A stretch of 64,000 bases of DNA from an uncultured Acidobacteriota bacterium (lineage in GTDB: Bacteria; Acidobacteriota; Vicinamibacteria; Vicinamibacterales; UBA8438), in the NCBI GenBank assembly GCA_913043225.1, contig CAJWLU010000005.1, forward strand, positions 1 to 64,000, in the 5' to 3' direction. Both the position numbers and the translations under genes were made by a program. This document shows, piece after piece, positions 9,469-18,389 of this stretch. Position 1 is the first letter of the stretch. Every line of letters starts with the position of its first letter. The notes under the pieces were generated by a model. It worked only from the letters and a program-made list of their open reading frames with translations, searched no databases and was not told where the DNA came from.

Positions 9469-10503
9469 TCAATCCAACCGGGTTAGGAGAACCCACATCG
9501 GCCGGCCACCGCCTTCATATGTCTCCAGCGGCACCAGGCTGCCATCAGGAGGCTGAACCTGGTACGTCGCGATCCGCCCAGAGTCGAGTCCCCCGACATA
9601 CACAAAGCGTCCGTTGGGGTCGACGTTAAACGCTCGAGGCACAGGCTCGGTCGCCACGCGCCCAGCTGGAGTCAAACGGCCGTCAGACGGGTCAACTGTG
9701 AAACTCGCCACACTATTGTGCCCACGGTTTGGCGCATACAGAAACCGCCCATCCGGGGTCATCTGAATCTGCGAGCAGGTGTTCGGTTCCCCATACCCCG
9801 CTGGCAGCGTAGACACCCGCTGGAGTGATGTAAGAGTCCCTCTGACCATGTCGATGTTGTAGGCCGACACGCTACCGCCCTGCTCGTCTGAGAAGTAGAC
9901 AACATTCAGGGTCGGGTGAAACACCAGCGCGCGTGGTCCGAGATACTCCGAGGGCGACAGCCTAGGGGGATCGTTCGGCGTCAACCGCCCGCTACCAGCG
10001 TCGAAACGAAACTGAAAGATGGCGTTGGGACCTCGATTGGCTATGTGCGGCACATACGCGAATCGGTTCGACCTGTCGGTCAGTATCGCGTGGGCCCCGT
10101 GCGCAGTCGAACGCCACTCGATCGGAGAACCGGAAACACCTCCGTCGGCATCTACTGCGTGGACGCCAACGACGCTCTGATAGTAGTACGCCGAAAGAAC
10201 GTACCGGCCCGCGCGATCCATCGCAACATAAACAGGTTCCCCCTCGAGCTGGACCGTCCCAATCTCCGTAAGCTCGCCATTACTCGGCTCCACGCGAAAG
10301 CTCGTCAGGGCCCGATCACCCCGGCGTCCAACATGAAGCGTCCGCCGGTCTGGACTGAGCGTCATGGGTGCCGGCCCACCAGACACGGGAACATCGAGCA
10401 GGCGCCGAAGTGCCCCGGTCGCCGAGTCCATGCCGAACACCGAGATCATGTCGTCGTCTTGAAACGACACGTACATGAACACCGTCGCATCCTGAATCAC
10501 CAT
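9469..10503 (-). CDS. Lactonase family protein (6-phosphogluconolactonase/YbhE-like propeller)
   Basis: GAHAI, GPRALVFHP, PDGRFLYAPNRGHNS, PRAFNVDP. Confidence 0.85.
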   Translation of the reverse strand: MVIQDATVFMYVSFQDDDMISVFGMDSATGALRRLLDVPVSGGPAPMTLSPDRRTLHVGRRGDRALTSFRVEPSNGELTEIGTVQLEGEPVYVAMDRAGRYVLSAYYYQSVVGVHAVDADGGVSGSPIEWRSTAHGAHAILTDRSNRFAYVPHIANRGPNAIFQFRFDAGSGRLTPNDPPRLSPSEYLGPRALVFHPTLNVVYFSDEQGGSVSAYNIDMVRGTLTSLQRVSTLPAGYGEPNTCSQIQMTPDGRFLYAPNRGHNSVASFTVDPSDGRLTPAGRVATEPVPRAFNVDPNGRFVYVGGLDSGRIATYQVQPPDGSLVPLETYEGGGRPMWVLLTRLD

Positions 10504-10537
10504 GCCCCCCTGTCACAATCGGTGGCGTCGATCGGGT

Positions 10538-11431
10538 TCATGGACGTTCCCCATCTTCACCCCGCGTCATCTCGAGCGTGTTAGCCATCCCAACGTTGCC
10601 CTCGTGACACGCATACTCGAACAGTGGCCCCTCGGTCCGGCGCAGCGTGAGTTCGGCCGTCCAGGGCGTCACCCACTGAGCAGCGTCCTCAAAAGTGACC
10701 GCATAGTGAAGCATGTCCGCACCGACCCGGGTGAACCGCTCGGTGAGGCGGACGTTCCCCTGCGACCAACCGCGGTACAGCTGCTTCGGATCAAAGTTCC
10801 GCGTATCGACGACCAGCGTGTCGCCTTCCCAGCGTCCCCGCGCATCGCCCAACCACTGCCGCACACCAGGGGGCAGATGGGCCCGATCGTCGAGCGGGAT
10901 CACACGCACCTCATGAATCATCTCGTGCAACAGCACCACATGGTCTGGCGTCTGAAGTAGATGGACGTTCTGGAGATAGACGCCCCCGAGCCGTGGGATA
11001 CCAGCCGTGATGCAGCGCTCCCAGAGGTTACGTCCTTCTGGTCCGTCGGCATGCGGCCCCAAACTGCGCCGCCGGCGCGCCGCAGGGGTGTGGGGAATCC
11101 GACCATCCGACGGCTCGACAATCATCGAGGTCCGACCATCGGATAGCGGCCGCTCCCACCAGACGGCCCGACGCGAGAGCTCGCCCTCCGCCGAACGTGC
11201 CTCGGTATTGATCTCGGCAATCTCGTCCTGGGTCAACTGCGTCCGACCCACATGATGTTCGGGTCGCTCGAGCGGCGTCGCCGTCCCGTGATTCCAGAGT
11301 CCTCTGAGATCTGGCGCTCCCCAGGGAGTCGCTGAAACATCGGCGGCCGGCTGCGCCCCCGCGGTTGCCGCGACGCAGCCCCACACCAGCAGCCATCCCG
11401 CCAGCAACCGACGCCGGGCTACATGCATCAT
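10538..11431 (-). CDS. Secreted uncharacterised protein, EYACHEGN family paralog 1
   Basis: Signal peptide; PDLRGLW, ERC, HEMIH, RWEGDTLVVDT, FEYACHEGN. Confidence 0.8.
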   Translation of the reverse strand: MMHVARRRLLAGWLLVWGCVAATAGAQPAADVSATPWGAPDLRGLWNHGTATPLERPEHHVGRTQLTQDEIAEINTEARSAEGELSRRAVWWERPLSDGRTSMIVEPSDGRIPHTPAARRRRSLGPHADGPEGRNLWERCITAGIPRLGGVYLQNVHLLQTPDHVVLLHEMIHEVRVIPLDDRAHLPPGVRQWLGDARGRWEGDTLVVDTRNFDPKQLYRGWSQGNVRLTERFTRVGADMLHYAVTFEDAAQWVTPWTAELTLRRTEGPLFEYACHEGNVGMANTLEMTRGEDGERP

Positions 11432-11449
11432 GGGAGTCAGATCGGCGAG

Positions 11450-11455
11450 ATTATA
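11450..11455 (-). promoter_or_regulatory. Putative sigma70 -10 box (TATAAT)
   Basis: GGTATAATC on the minus strand, about 20 nt upstream of paralog 1; no clear -35. Confidence 0.4.
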
Positions 11456-11536
11456 CCCACGGGACGCCGACCGCTCGTGGCACCATCAGAGCGCGCCGGC
11501 GCCACAAGTCGCGTCGAGGACGACAAAGGAGACCTC

Positions 11537-12325
11537 ATGCAGCTGGAAACCGTTGGATACGCCGTCGACGAAGGTGTCTGCCGCATCACGCTGCGCCGTC
11601 CAGATCGGGGCAACGCCATGAATCCTCGCCTGACCAAGGAGCTGTTCGAAACTGTGGTCTCGTGCGAAATCGATCCGAGCGTCCGGGCAGTCCTTATCGA
11701 CGCCGAGGGCCCGATGTTCTGTGCCGGCGGCGACCTCGGCGCCTTCGCCCATGCCGACGCCGACCTGCCCCGACTCCTGAAGCGGATGACCGTCGACCTC
11801 CATGCCGCCATCTCTCGGATTGCGCGAATGGAAGTTCCGGTCATCGCCGCCGTTCAGGGCGCTGCCGCCGGAGGCGGCTTCTCCCTAGCTGCAGCGTGCG
11901 ACATCGTGCTGGCCGGCCACTCGGCCAAGTTCACGCTCGCCTACACCCGGGCCGGGCTGGCACCTGACGGCAGCTCTACCTACTTCTTGCCCCGGTTGGT
12001 CGGGCGACGGCGGGCGCTGGAACTAATGCTCTTAAACCCGACCCTCTCGGCCACCGACGCTCTCGACGCCGGCCTGATCACCAAGGTCGTCGACGACGCG
12101 GAGCTCTCCGACCAGGCCTGCGCTCTCGCGCGCTCCCTTGCCCAGGGACCGACCGGCGCCTTTGGCGCCGTCAAGCGCCTGATACTGGCTAGCGCGAACG
12201 AGACGCTAGAGAGTCAGATGGAACTGGAGGCGTCGGCCATCATTGCAGCCGCCACCAGTGACGAAGGACGCGAGGGGATCTCAGCATTCCTCGAGAAGCG
12301 TCGACCAAACTTCACCGGTTGTTGA
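11537..12325 (+). CDS. Enoyl-CoA hydratase/isomerase (PaaG-like)
   Basis: ATG 11537 after AAGGAG; FCAGGDL, AAGGGFSLA, GLAPDGSSTY, EGISAFLEKRRP. Confidence 0.9.
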   Translation: MQLETVGYAVDEGVCRITLRRPDRGNAMNPRLTKELFETVVSCEIDPSVRAVLIDAEGPMFCAGGDLGAFAHADADLPRLLKRMTVDLHAAISRIARMEVPVIAAVQGAAAGGGFSLAAACDIVLAGHSAKFTLAYTRAGLAPDGSSTYFLPRLVGRRRALELMLLNPTLSATDALDAGLITKVVDDAELSDQACALARSLAQGPTGAFGAVKRLILASANETLESQMELEASAIIAAATSDEGREGISAFLEKRRPNFTGC

Positions 12326-12328
12326 GTC

Positions 12329-13369
12329 CTACCGATCTTCGCTAGCGCGGTTGTCGTAGACCGGACGGGCGAATACGCTGGCGTCTGACTCGACCAATCG
12401 AACCTCGATCTCGTGGATGTCCGGATCGAGCGGCGGCACCGATGTGAAGAGTACGTAGTGACCGCGGAGAGCTCCCGCCACCCGGTCCAGCGCCTGTCGA
12501 CTTACCAGGTGCGTGCGGGCGTAGAAGCCCCCTGTGTCGGCTGCGAGGACCTGCAGGCCGTGCTCGTAGGTGTGATAATCGACCGCGGTCGCATCAAGGC
12601 TGAAGACCGCCGCTCTGGCATCTGCCAGAACCGCCAGCGCCCGTTCGTAGCGTTGGTCCACCCGGGAGCCCGGAATCCCCAGAGTGACCGTGAACTCGCC
12701 AAACCCGTAACCCACAAGCACCACCGACTTGGCGCCAGGCAGCGGCGCGAGCGCTTCGCCCAGTAACTCCAGCGCCTCCTCCACCCGGTAGGTACGCCGG
12801 CTGACCTCCTCGTCCAGCGCGGGAAACAGTGAAGGCCCAGGCCCCGGAGCCACCGAATCTGGGTCGCTGAACAGCACCTTGTCGGCGAGGATTCGCTCCA
12901 CCAGATCGAAATCGGCGCTGAAGTCGAGCCAGACCGACAGATGGCTGTCGAACGACACGACAGCCACCCGGTCGGCCGACGTCAATCCCCCAAGCAGCCG
13001 TCCACTGTCCTGAAGGACCTTCAGCAAACCCAGGGCACGGTCGGCGTTCATGCTGCGCTGCACCACGAACACCATCAGCCGACCACCGTGCGCCGGTTCG
13101 AACAATCCACCGATCGGCGTCGACGCCAACGTCGCCTCGGGCGCCGGTCCGACGCCGATCCATTGTGCCGAGGCAACAGCTACGTCGACGCCACCGATCT
13201 GGACCTCGAAATCGGTCGCAGCAAGTCCCGCCAGCGGTTCGCCGTCGTCATCCATCACGCGCGCATCGATGACGAGCCGCTCGACCTGCACCTGCTCCGC
13301 CTGCGGCTGCGCAGCCACGAGCCCAGGCAGCACTAGAAACGCCGGACTAAGCAGGTGCGCCCTCCTCAT
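12329..13369 (-). CDS. Secreted VWA-domain protein (acidobacterial type)
   Basis: Start MRRAHLL overlaps the upstream stop (ATGA); PLAGLAATDFEV, DRVAVVSFD, LAADTGG. Confidence 0.7.
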   Translation of the reverse strand: MRRAHLLSPAFLVLPGLVAAQPQAEQVQVERLVIDARVMDDDGEPLAGLAATDFEVQIGGVDVAVASAQWIGVGPAPEATLASTPIGGLFEPAHGGRLMVFVVQRSMNADRALGLLKVLQDSGRLLGGLTSADRVAVVSFDSHLSVWLDFSADFDLVERILADKVLFSDPDSVAPGPGPSLFPALDEEVSRRTYRVEEALELLGEALAPLPGAKSVVLVGYGFGEFTVTLGIPGSRVDQRYERALAVLADARAAVFSLDATAVDYHTYEHGLQVLAADTGGFYARTHLVSRQALDRVAGALRGHYVLFTSVPPLDPDIHEIEVRLVESDASVFARPVYDNRASEDR

Positions 13370-14547
13370 CGTCGCCACTCGCTCAAGGCGGCCACGACGG
13401 CCGCCAGACGCTCCAGCGCCACTTCGATGTCGCCGCGGGACGAGGCAAATGAGAACCGGAGGAAACCCTCCGCCGCCTCGCCGAAATCCCGCCCCGGCCC
13501 CAAAGCAACATGCGCACGCTCCAGCAGCGCGAAGGCCAGCGCGAGCGAGTCGTCTCCAAGACATCGGGCATCGGCCAGGATATAGAACGCGCCGGTCGGG
13601 GTCACCGGCACGCCGAGACCCAGCTCCCGCACGCCGTCAAGGAGCAGGCGACGACGGACATCGAACTCCTCGACCATCATTTGGCGATGCGCGTCTCCGT
13701 GCTCCAGCGCCGTCATGGCCAGTGTCTGCGCCGGCTGCGGGGCCGAGATGAATAGATTTTGGTGGAGGGTCACGAGTCCCCGCATGGCTCGTTCGGGAGC
13801 GATGAGGTAGCCCACCCGAAATCCGGTCATCGCATACCGCTTCGAGAAGCCATCAAAGACGAAGCACTCGTCGGTACGCCCGAGCGGCGACGTCACGGTC
13901 ACGCCGTCGTACAGCAGTCCGTCGTAGATCTCGTCGGAGAGGATCGGCACCCCGAGCTCAGCGAGCGCGTGCACGACCTCGGCCGGCTGCACGGCGCCAG
14001 TCGGGTTTGCGGGCGACGCCAGCAGAATGCCCTTCGTGCGAGGCGTGATCGCCGCCCGCACCCGATCGGGGTCGACGAGATAGCCATCCTCAGCCCGCGT
14101 GGGCACGAGCACCGTTCGTCCACCGCAGACGGCCACCATGTTCGGGTAGCAGGGGTAGTGTGGCGCGGGAACGATGACCTCGTCACCGGGGTCCAGCAGC
14201 AAGCTGCAGACCATCATCAAAGCAGCCGAGGTACCTCCGGTGACGAGGACCCGTTCGGGCCCGACATCAACGCCACGCCGAACCCGGCAGTCGGCCGCAA
14301 TCGCCTCACGGAGGGCATACAACCCACGGCTGTCGGTGTAGTGCGTGGCTCCCGCGGCGACCGCGCCCGCCACGGCCGCCACTACCTCGGGAGGAGGCGG
14401 GAACCCCGGCTCGCCCACGCCGAGCTGGCGTACGTCGACTCCGGCGCGGGCCATCTGCATCCCGCGTTCCATCACCTCCATGGAGAGGAACGGCACCAGT
14501 GCCCCGACTCGCGCCGAGTAGTCCACGCTCGTCACCTTGGTATCCAC
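13366..14547 (-). CDS. PLP-dependent aminotransferase class I/II
   Basis: LGVGEP, SPANPTG, SDEIY, GFSKRYAMTGFRVG. Confidence 0.92.
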   Translation of the reverse strand: MDTKVTSVDYSARVGALVPFLSMEVMERGMQMARAGVDVRQLGVGEPGFPPPPEVVAAVAGAVAAGATHYTDSRGLYALREAIAADCRVRRGVDVGPERVLVTGGTSAALMMVCSLLLDPGDEVIVPAPHYPCYPNMVAVCGGRTVLVPTRAEDGYLVDPDRVRAAITPRTKGILLASPANPTGAVQPAEVVHALAELGVPILSDEIYDGLLYDGVTVTSPLGRTDECFVFDGFSKRYAMTGFRVGYLIAPERAMRGLVTLHQNLFISAPQPAQTLAMTALEHGDAHRQMMVEEFDVRRRLLLDGVRELGLGVPVTPTGAFYILADARCLGDDSLALAFALLERAHVALGPGRDFGEAAEGFLRFSFASSRGDIEVALERLAAVVAALSEWRR

Positions 14548-14630
14548 CGCCCGGTCAGCTGCCAGATACTTGATCCCGCGGTCGGGAAAGCGCAGGCTGT
14601 AGCAACCCTCCGCCGCATCGGCCCGACCAG

Positions 14631-15449
14631 ATGCCTATCCTACCGGTTGACGCCCTCGACGACCCACGACTCGCGGACTACAGTGGTGTGCCGGATCCGA
14701 TCCTTCTCCGGCACCGCGGACTCTTCGTCGCGGAAAGCCGATTGGTGGTCCGGGAACTCTTGACTCATTCCCGGCTGACGACCCGCTCGCTCTTGGTAAC
14801 GCAGCCGGCGTTAGACAGTCTGCGCGATCTGGTCGAGGGCCGGGAAACCCTGCCGATCTATGTAGGGAGCCCCGCCCTGCTGAAAGGCGTCATCGGCTAT
14901 GCCGTGCACCGCGGAAGTATGGCACTGGGAGAACGACCCGCACCCCGCACCGATCTCGAACTGCCCGCCCTCCGAGAGTCAACCCTCGCCGTGGTCTTGG
15001 AACAGATCGGCAACCCGGACAACGTTGGCAGCATCTTCAGGAACGCCGCGGCCTTCGGCGCCGGCGCTGTCATCACCACCTCGAACTGCGCCGACCCGCT
15101 CTACCGTAAGGCGATCCGCACGTCGCTCGGGGCCACGCTCCGTCTCCCGTACGCGGAAATGCCGGACTGGCCAGACGGCCTGACCCGCCTCGAGAGCCTG
15201 GGTTACGAGACCGTCGGGCTGACCCTGGACGACGGGGCGATACCGCTGGAAACGTTCGTCGCCAGCGCCCCCTCGCGGATGGCGCTGGTGCTGGGGAGCG
15301 AAGGTTCAGGCATCAGCGACCGCGCGCTTGCCACCGTGCGTCACCGGGTCCGGATCCCGATGGCCCCCGGTATCGATTCGCTCAACGTCGCTACCGCGAG
15401 CGGGATCGCACTCTACCGACTCTCAGCGCGGAGCCGAGATCGAACATAG
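14631..15449 (+). CDS. TrmH/SpoU-family RNA methyltransferase
   Basis: NPDNVGSIFR, VLGSEGSG, IPMAPGIDSLNVA SPOUT motifs. Confidence 0.92.
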   Translation: MPILPVDALDDPRLADYSGVPDPILLRHRGLFVAESRLVVRELLTHSRLTTRSLLVTQPALDSLRDLVEGRETLPIYVGSPALLKGVIGYAVHRGSMALGERPAPRTDLELPALRESTLAVVLEQIGNPDNVGSIFRNAAAFGAGAVITTSNCADPLYRKAIRTSLGATLRLPYAEMPDWPDGLTRLESLGYETVGLTLDDGAIPLETFVASAPSRMALVLGSEGSGISDRALATVRHRVRIPMAPGIDSLNVATASGIALYRLSARSRDRT

Positions 15450-15458
15450 GATGGACCA

Positions 15459-16370
15459 ATGCGACAGCCTGCAGACACGATTGCGCTTCGGTCCGGCGAT
15501 ACCCTCTTAGAGGTCTCGCCCATCACCGGCGGTTCGATCACGCGCTACGCCACCACCCATGCGAACCGCGTCTACGAGTGGATGCGACCGGCGACAGAGG
15601 CCGCCATCGCCGAAGGTTCGGCGGGTCAAACCGCCAGCTTCCCGATGGTGCCGTTCTCGAACCGCATCCGGAACGGTCGCTTCACGTTCAATGGACGAGA
15701 CGTGCAGCTAACCGAACTATTCGGACGGGAACCGCACGCCATCCACGGCCACGGGTGGCGAGCTCCCTGGAGCGTGGTCGACCGCGCTGCGGACACCCTC
15801 ACCCTGGAGTATCACCACGCGGCCGACAGCTGGCCTTGGGCCTACCGAGCCGAACAGACGTTCGAACTCAGAGATACCGCCCTCATTGTCCGCTTTGCCG
15901 TCACCAACGAGGCGACTGACACGATGCCGGTCGGATTCGGTCTGCACCCGTACTTCGTCAGGACGCCCAACGTCCGGCTGCACGCCGAGATCGGAGAGAT
16001 GTGGCGGACCAACGACAACGCCCTGCCGGCTGAGCTAGTTCCGCCACCGGCGCAGCTGGCCTTCGGCGCCGCCGGCCTCAACCCGGACGCAAGCGTCCTC
16101 GACAACAACTTCCTGAATTTTGGCGGCGAATACCGGATCGCTTGGCCCGAGTGGCCAGCCAGTCTTCAAGTGCAGGCTGACCCGATCTACAGCTGCCTGG
16201 TGATCTACACGCCACACGGGCAGGACTTCTTCTGCGCAGAACCGGCCACCAACTGCATCGACGCCGTGAATCTCGCCGCCGCGGGCCGTCTCGACACAGG
16301 GCTCATCGCCCTGGAGCCAGACGACACCGCCGCCGGCGACGTGGTCTTCACCCCCACCATCTCGGGCTGA
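15459..16370 (+). CDS. Aldose 1-epimerase family protein
   Basis: PFSNRI, HAIHG, GLHPYF, FCAEP. Confidence 0.88.
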   Translation: MRQPADTIALRSGDTLLEVSPITGGSITRYATTHANRVYEWMRPATEAAIAEGSAGQTASFPMVPFSNRIRNGRFTFNGRDVQLTELFGREPHAIHGHGWRAPWSVVDRAADTLTLEYHHAADSWPWAYRAEQTFELRDTALIVRFAVTNEATDTMPVGFGLHPYFVRTPNVRLHAEIGEMWRTNDNALPAELVPPPAQLAFGAAGLNPDASVLDNNFLNFGGEYRIAWPEWPASLQVQADPIYSCLVIYTPHGQDFFCAEPATNCIDAVNLAAAGRLDTGLIALEPDDTAAGDVVFTPTISG

Positions 16371-16381
16371 CCGGCCGGCAC

Positions 16382-17329
16382 CTACACCACCCGGTGCAGG
16401 AGTGGACGACCGTCCCGAAGCCGACGGCAGTTCTCGGTCGCTACCTCGAGACTGCGGGCCAGGGTCTCACGGGTCAGCCAGGCGGTGTGTGGCGAGACGA
16501 CCACACGGTCAGAGGCGAGCAGTTGGTTGTCAGCCAGGGTCGGCTCCTCGGCAAAGACATCGAGTCCGGCCCCGCCGAGTTGGCCAGACTCCAGGGCGTC
16601 GACGAGCGCGGACTCATCTACCAGGCCTCCGCGGGCCGTATTGATTAGGATGGCACCGGGTCGCATCGCCGACAGCGCCGCCCGGTCGATCAGCCCCTCG
16701 GTGTCCGAAGTGAGCGGCAGGTGCAGCGACACGATGTCACTCTCGGCCAGGAGCGCCCCGAGGCTCATCGCCTGGCCAACCGCTTCGGGCCGGGAGCTCC
16801 GGTTCGTAAACACGACCCGCGCGCCCATCGCCTCGAGGATCGGCGCCAGTCGAGCGGGCACGGCTCCATAACCAACGAGCCCGACCACCCGTCCACCGAG
16901 TTCCCCCAGCTGATCCTGGCAAGGCTGAGACAGCATCCACCCGGCCGGCGTCCGCACCGCCTCCTCCAGCGCACGCAGCCGTCGGAGTACCGCGAGCATT
17001 AGCAGCAGTGCCATCTCCGCCACCGCCTGCGTGTTGGTGCCTGGCATGTTGCAGACTGCGACCTTCCGCGTCCGCGCAGCCTCCAGGTCGATGGTGTTCA
17101 CACCGACCCCGATCTTCTGGATCAGTCGGAGTTGAGGCGAGGCATCGATCAGCGTAGACGTCACCCGGTCCAGTAGGTGCCAGACGACCTCCGCCTCACG
17201 CATAGACGACTCGTACGCGGGGCGGTCTTCTGGAGGACGCACGGAGATCTCCAACCGATCCCGCATCTCCAGCTCGCCAAGGGTTCGCCTTAACGCGGGA
17301 CCCGCGGCGTACTGCAGCACCACCCGCAT
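16382..17329 (-). CDS. D-isomer-specific 2-hydroxyacid dehydrogenase
   Basis: ATG 17329 after GGAGGAG; AVAE, GLVGYGAV, SLHLPL, INTARG, LDVFAEEP, SPHTAW. Confidence 0.9.
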   Translation of the reverse strand: MRVVLQYAAGPALRRTLGELEMRDRLEISVRPPEDRPAYESSMREAEVVWHLLDRVTSTLIDASPQLRLIQKIGVGVNTIDLEAARTRKVAVCNMPGTNTQAVAEMALLLMLAVLRRLRALEEAVRTPAGWMLSQPCQDQLGELGGRVVGLVGYGAVPARLAPILEAMGARVVFTNRSSRPEAVGQAMSLGALLAESDIVSLHLPLTSDTEGLIDRAALSAMRPGAILINTARGGLVDESALVDALESGQLGGAGLDVFAEEPTLADNQLLASDRVVVSPHTAWLTRETLARSLEVATENCRRLRDGRPLLHRVV

Positions 17330-17345
17330 CTTCGTCTCCTCCGGC

Positions 17346-18389
17346 ATGACCGCCGCTATCATACGTTCCGTGCCCTCTGCCGAGCAGACCATCGCCGCCG
17401 CCCTGCGCCGCATGGGGCTCCTCGGTGACGAGACACCTCCGATGGCTCCGCTCGTCGGTGGCATCTCGTCAGACATCTGGCGGGTCGAGTTGGCCGGCGG
17501 TCCGATCTGCGTGAAGCGAGCGCTCCCCCGGCTCAAAGTAGATGCCCTCTGGGAGGTGCCGACCGCCAGAAATCGGCACGAATGGGACTGGCTCACCATG
17601 GCGGCCCGCGTCCTCCCCACCAGCGTGCCTCGCCTGCTCGGGCGAGACGACGCGGCCGGATGCTTCGCGATGACCTATCTGGAACCGACGCGCTTTCGGA
17701 TATGGAAACAGGAACTCGCCGCAGGCCAGATCGATCCGGACACCGCCACCGCGGTCGGCGCCTCCCTCGGTCGCCTCCATGCCGCGACGGCGGGAGATGA
17801 CGACCAGCGGACTCGCTTCGCCACCGACAAGATCTTCGCCGCGATCCGACTCGACCCCTATTTGCGCGCGACCGCCGCCCGGCACCCGGCGCTGTCCGAA
17901 CAGCTTCGGGCGTTGGCAGATCGCACCGCCCAGACCCGACTGTGCGTCGTGCACGGCGACGTCAGCCCCAAGAACATTCTGGTTGGCCCAGACGGTCCGG
18001 TGTTCCTGGACGCCGAGTGCGCCTGGTACGGCGACCCGGCGTTTGATCTCGCCTTCTGCCTCAACCACCTTCTGCTCAAATGCATCTGGCGACCGGAGGC
18101 GCGTGAGGCGCTCTTCGACGCGTTCGATCGCCTGGTTACTGCCTACGAGGCGCAGATAGATTGGGAACCAACCGCCCGTCACGCCACCCGCACCGCGACG
18201 CTCCTCTCGGCGCTGCTGCTGGCACGGGTCGACGGGAAATCGCCCGTCGAGTATCTCGACCGCCCACAGCAACAATTCGTGCGTGCCTTCGCCATCGCCG
18301 AGATCCGCCGTCAGACCGACTCCGTGCGCGCGTTGCGTGAGGCCTGGCGAGACGCGGCGAGCGACACCCCATGGAAAGGACCCGAATGA
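17346..18389 (+). CDS. Aminoglycoside phosphotransferase / methylthioribose-kinase-like kinase (true start may be GTG 17370 or ATG 17412)
   Basis: GGISSD, VKRALP, HGDVSPKNIL, LDAECAWYGDPAFD. Confidence 0.8.
   Translation: MTAAIIRSVPSAEQTIAAALRRMGLLGDETPPMAPLVGGISSDIWRVELAGGPICVKRALPRLKVDALWEVPTARNRHEWDWLTMAARVLPTSVPRLLGRDDAAGCFAMTYLEPTRFRIWKQELAAGQIDPDTATAVGASLGRLHAATAGDDDQRTRFATDKIFAAIRLDPYLRATAARHPALSEQLRALADRTAQTRLCVVHGDVSPKNILVGPDGPVFLDAECAWYGDPAFDLAFCLNHLLLKCIWRPEAREALFDAFDRLVTAYEAQIDWEPTARHATRTATLLSALLLARVDGKSPVEYLDRPQQQFVRAFAIAEIRRQTDSVRALREAWRDAASDTPWKGPE

Noticed and set aside
17346..18389. Aminoglycoside resistance gene
   Set aside because: Only the APH fold is shared; its motifs and coupling to enolase point to a metabolic kinase.
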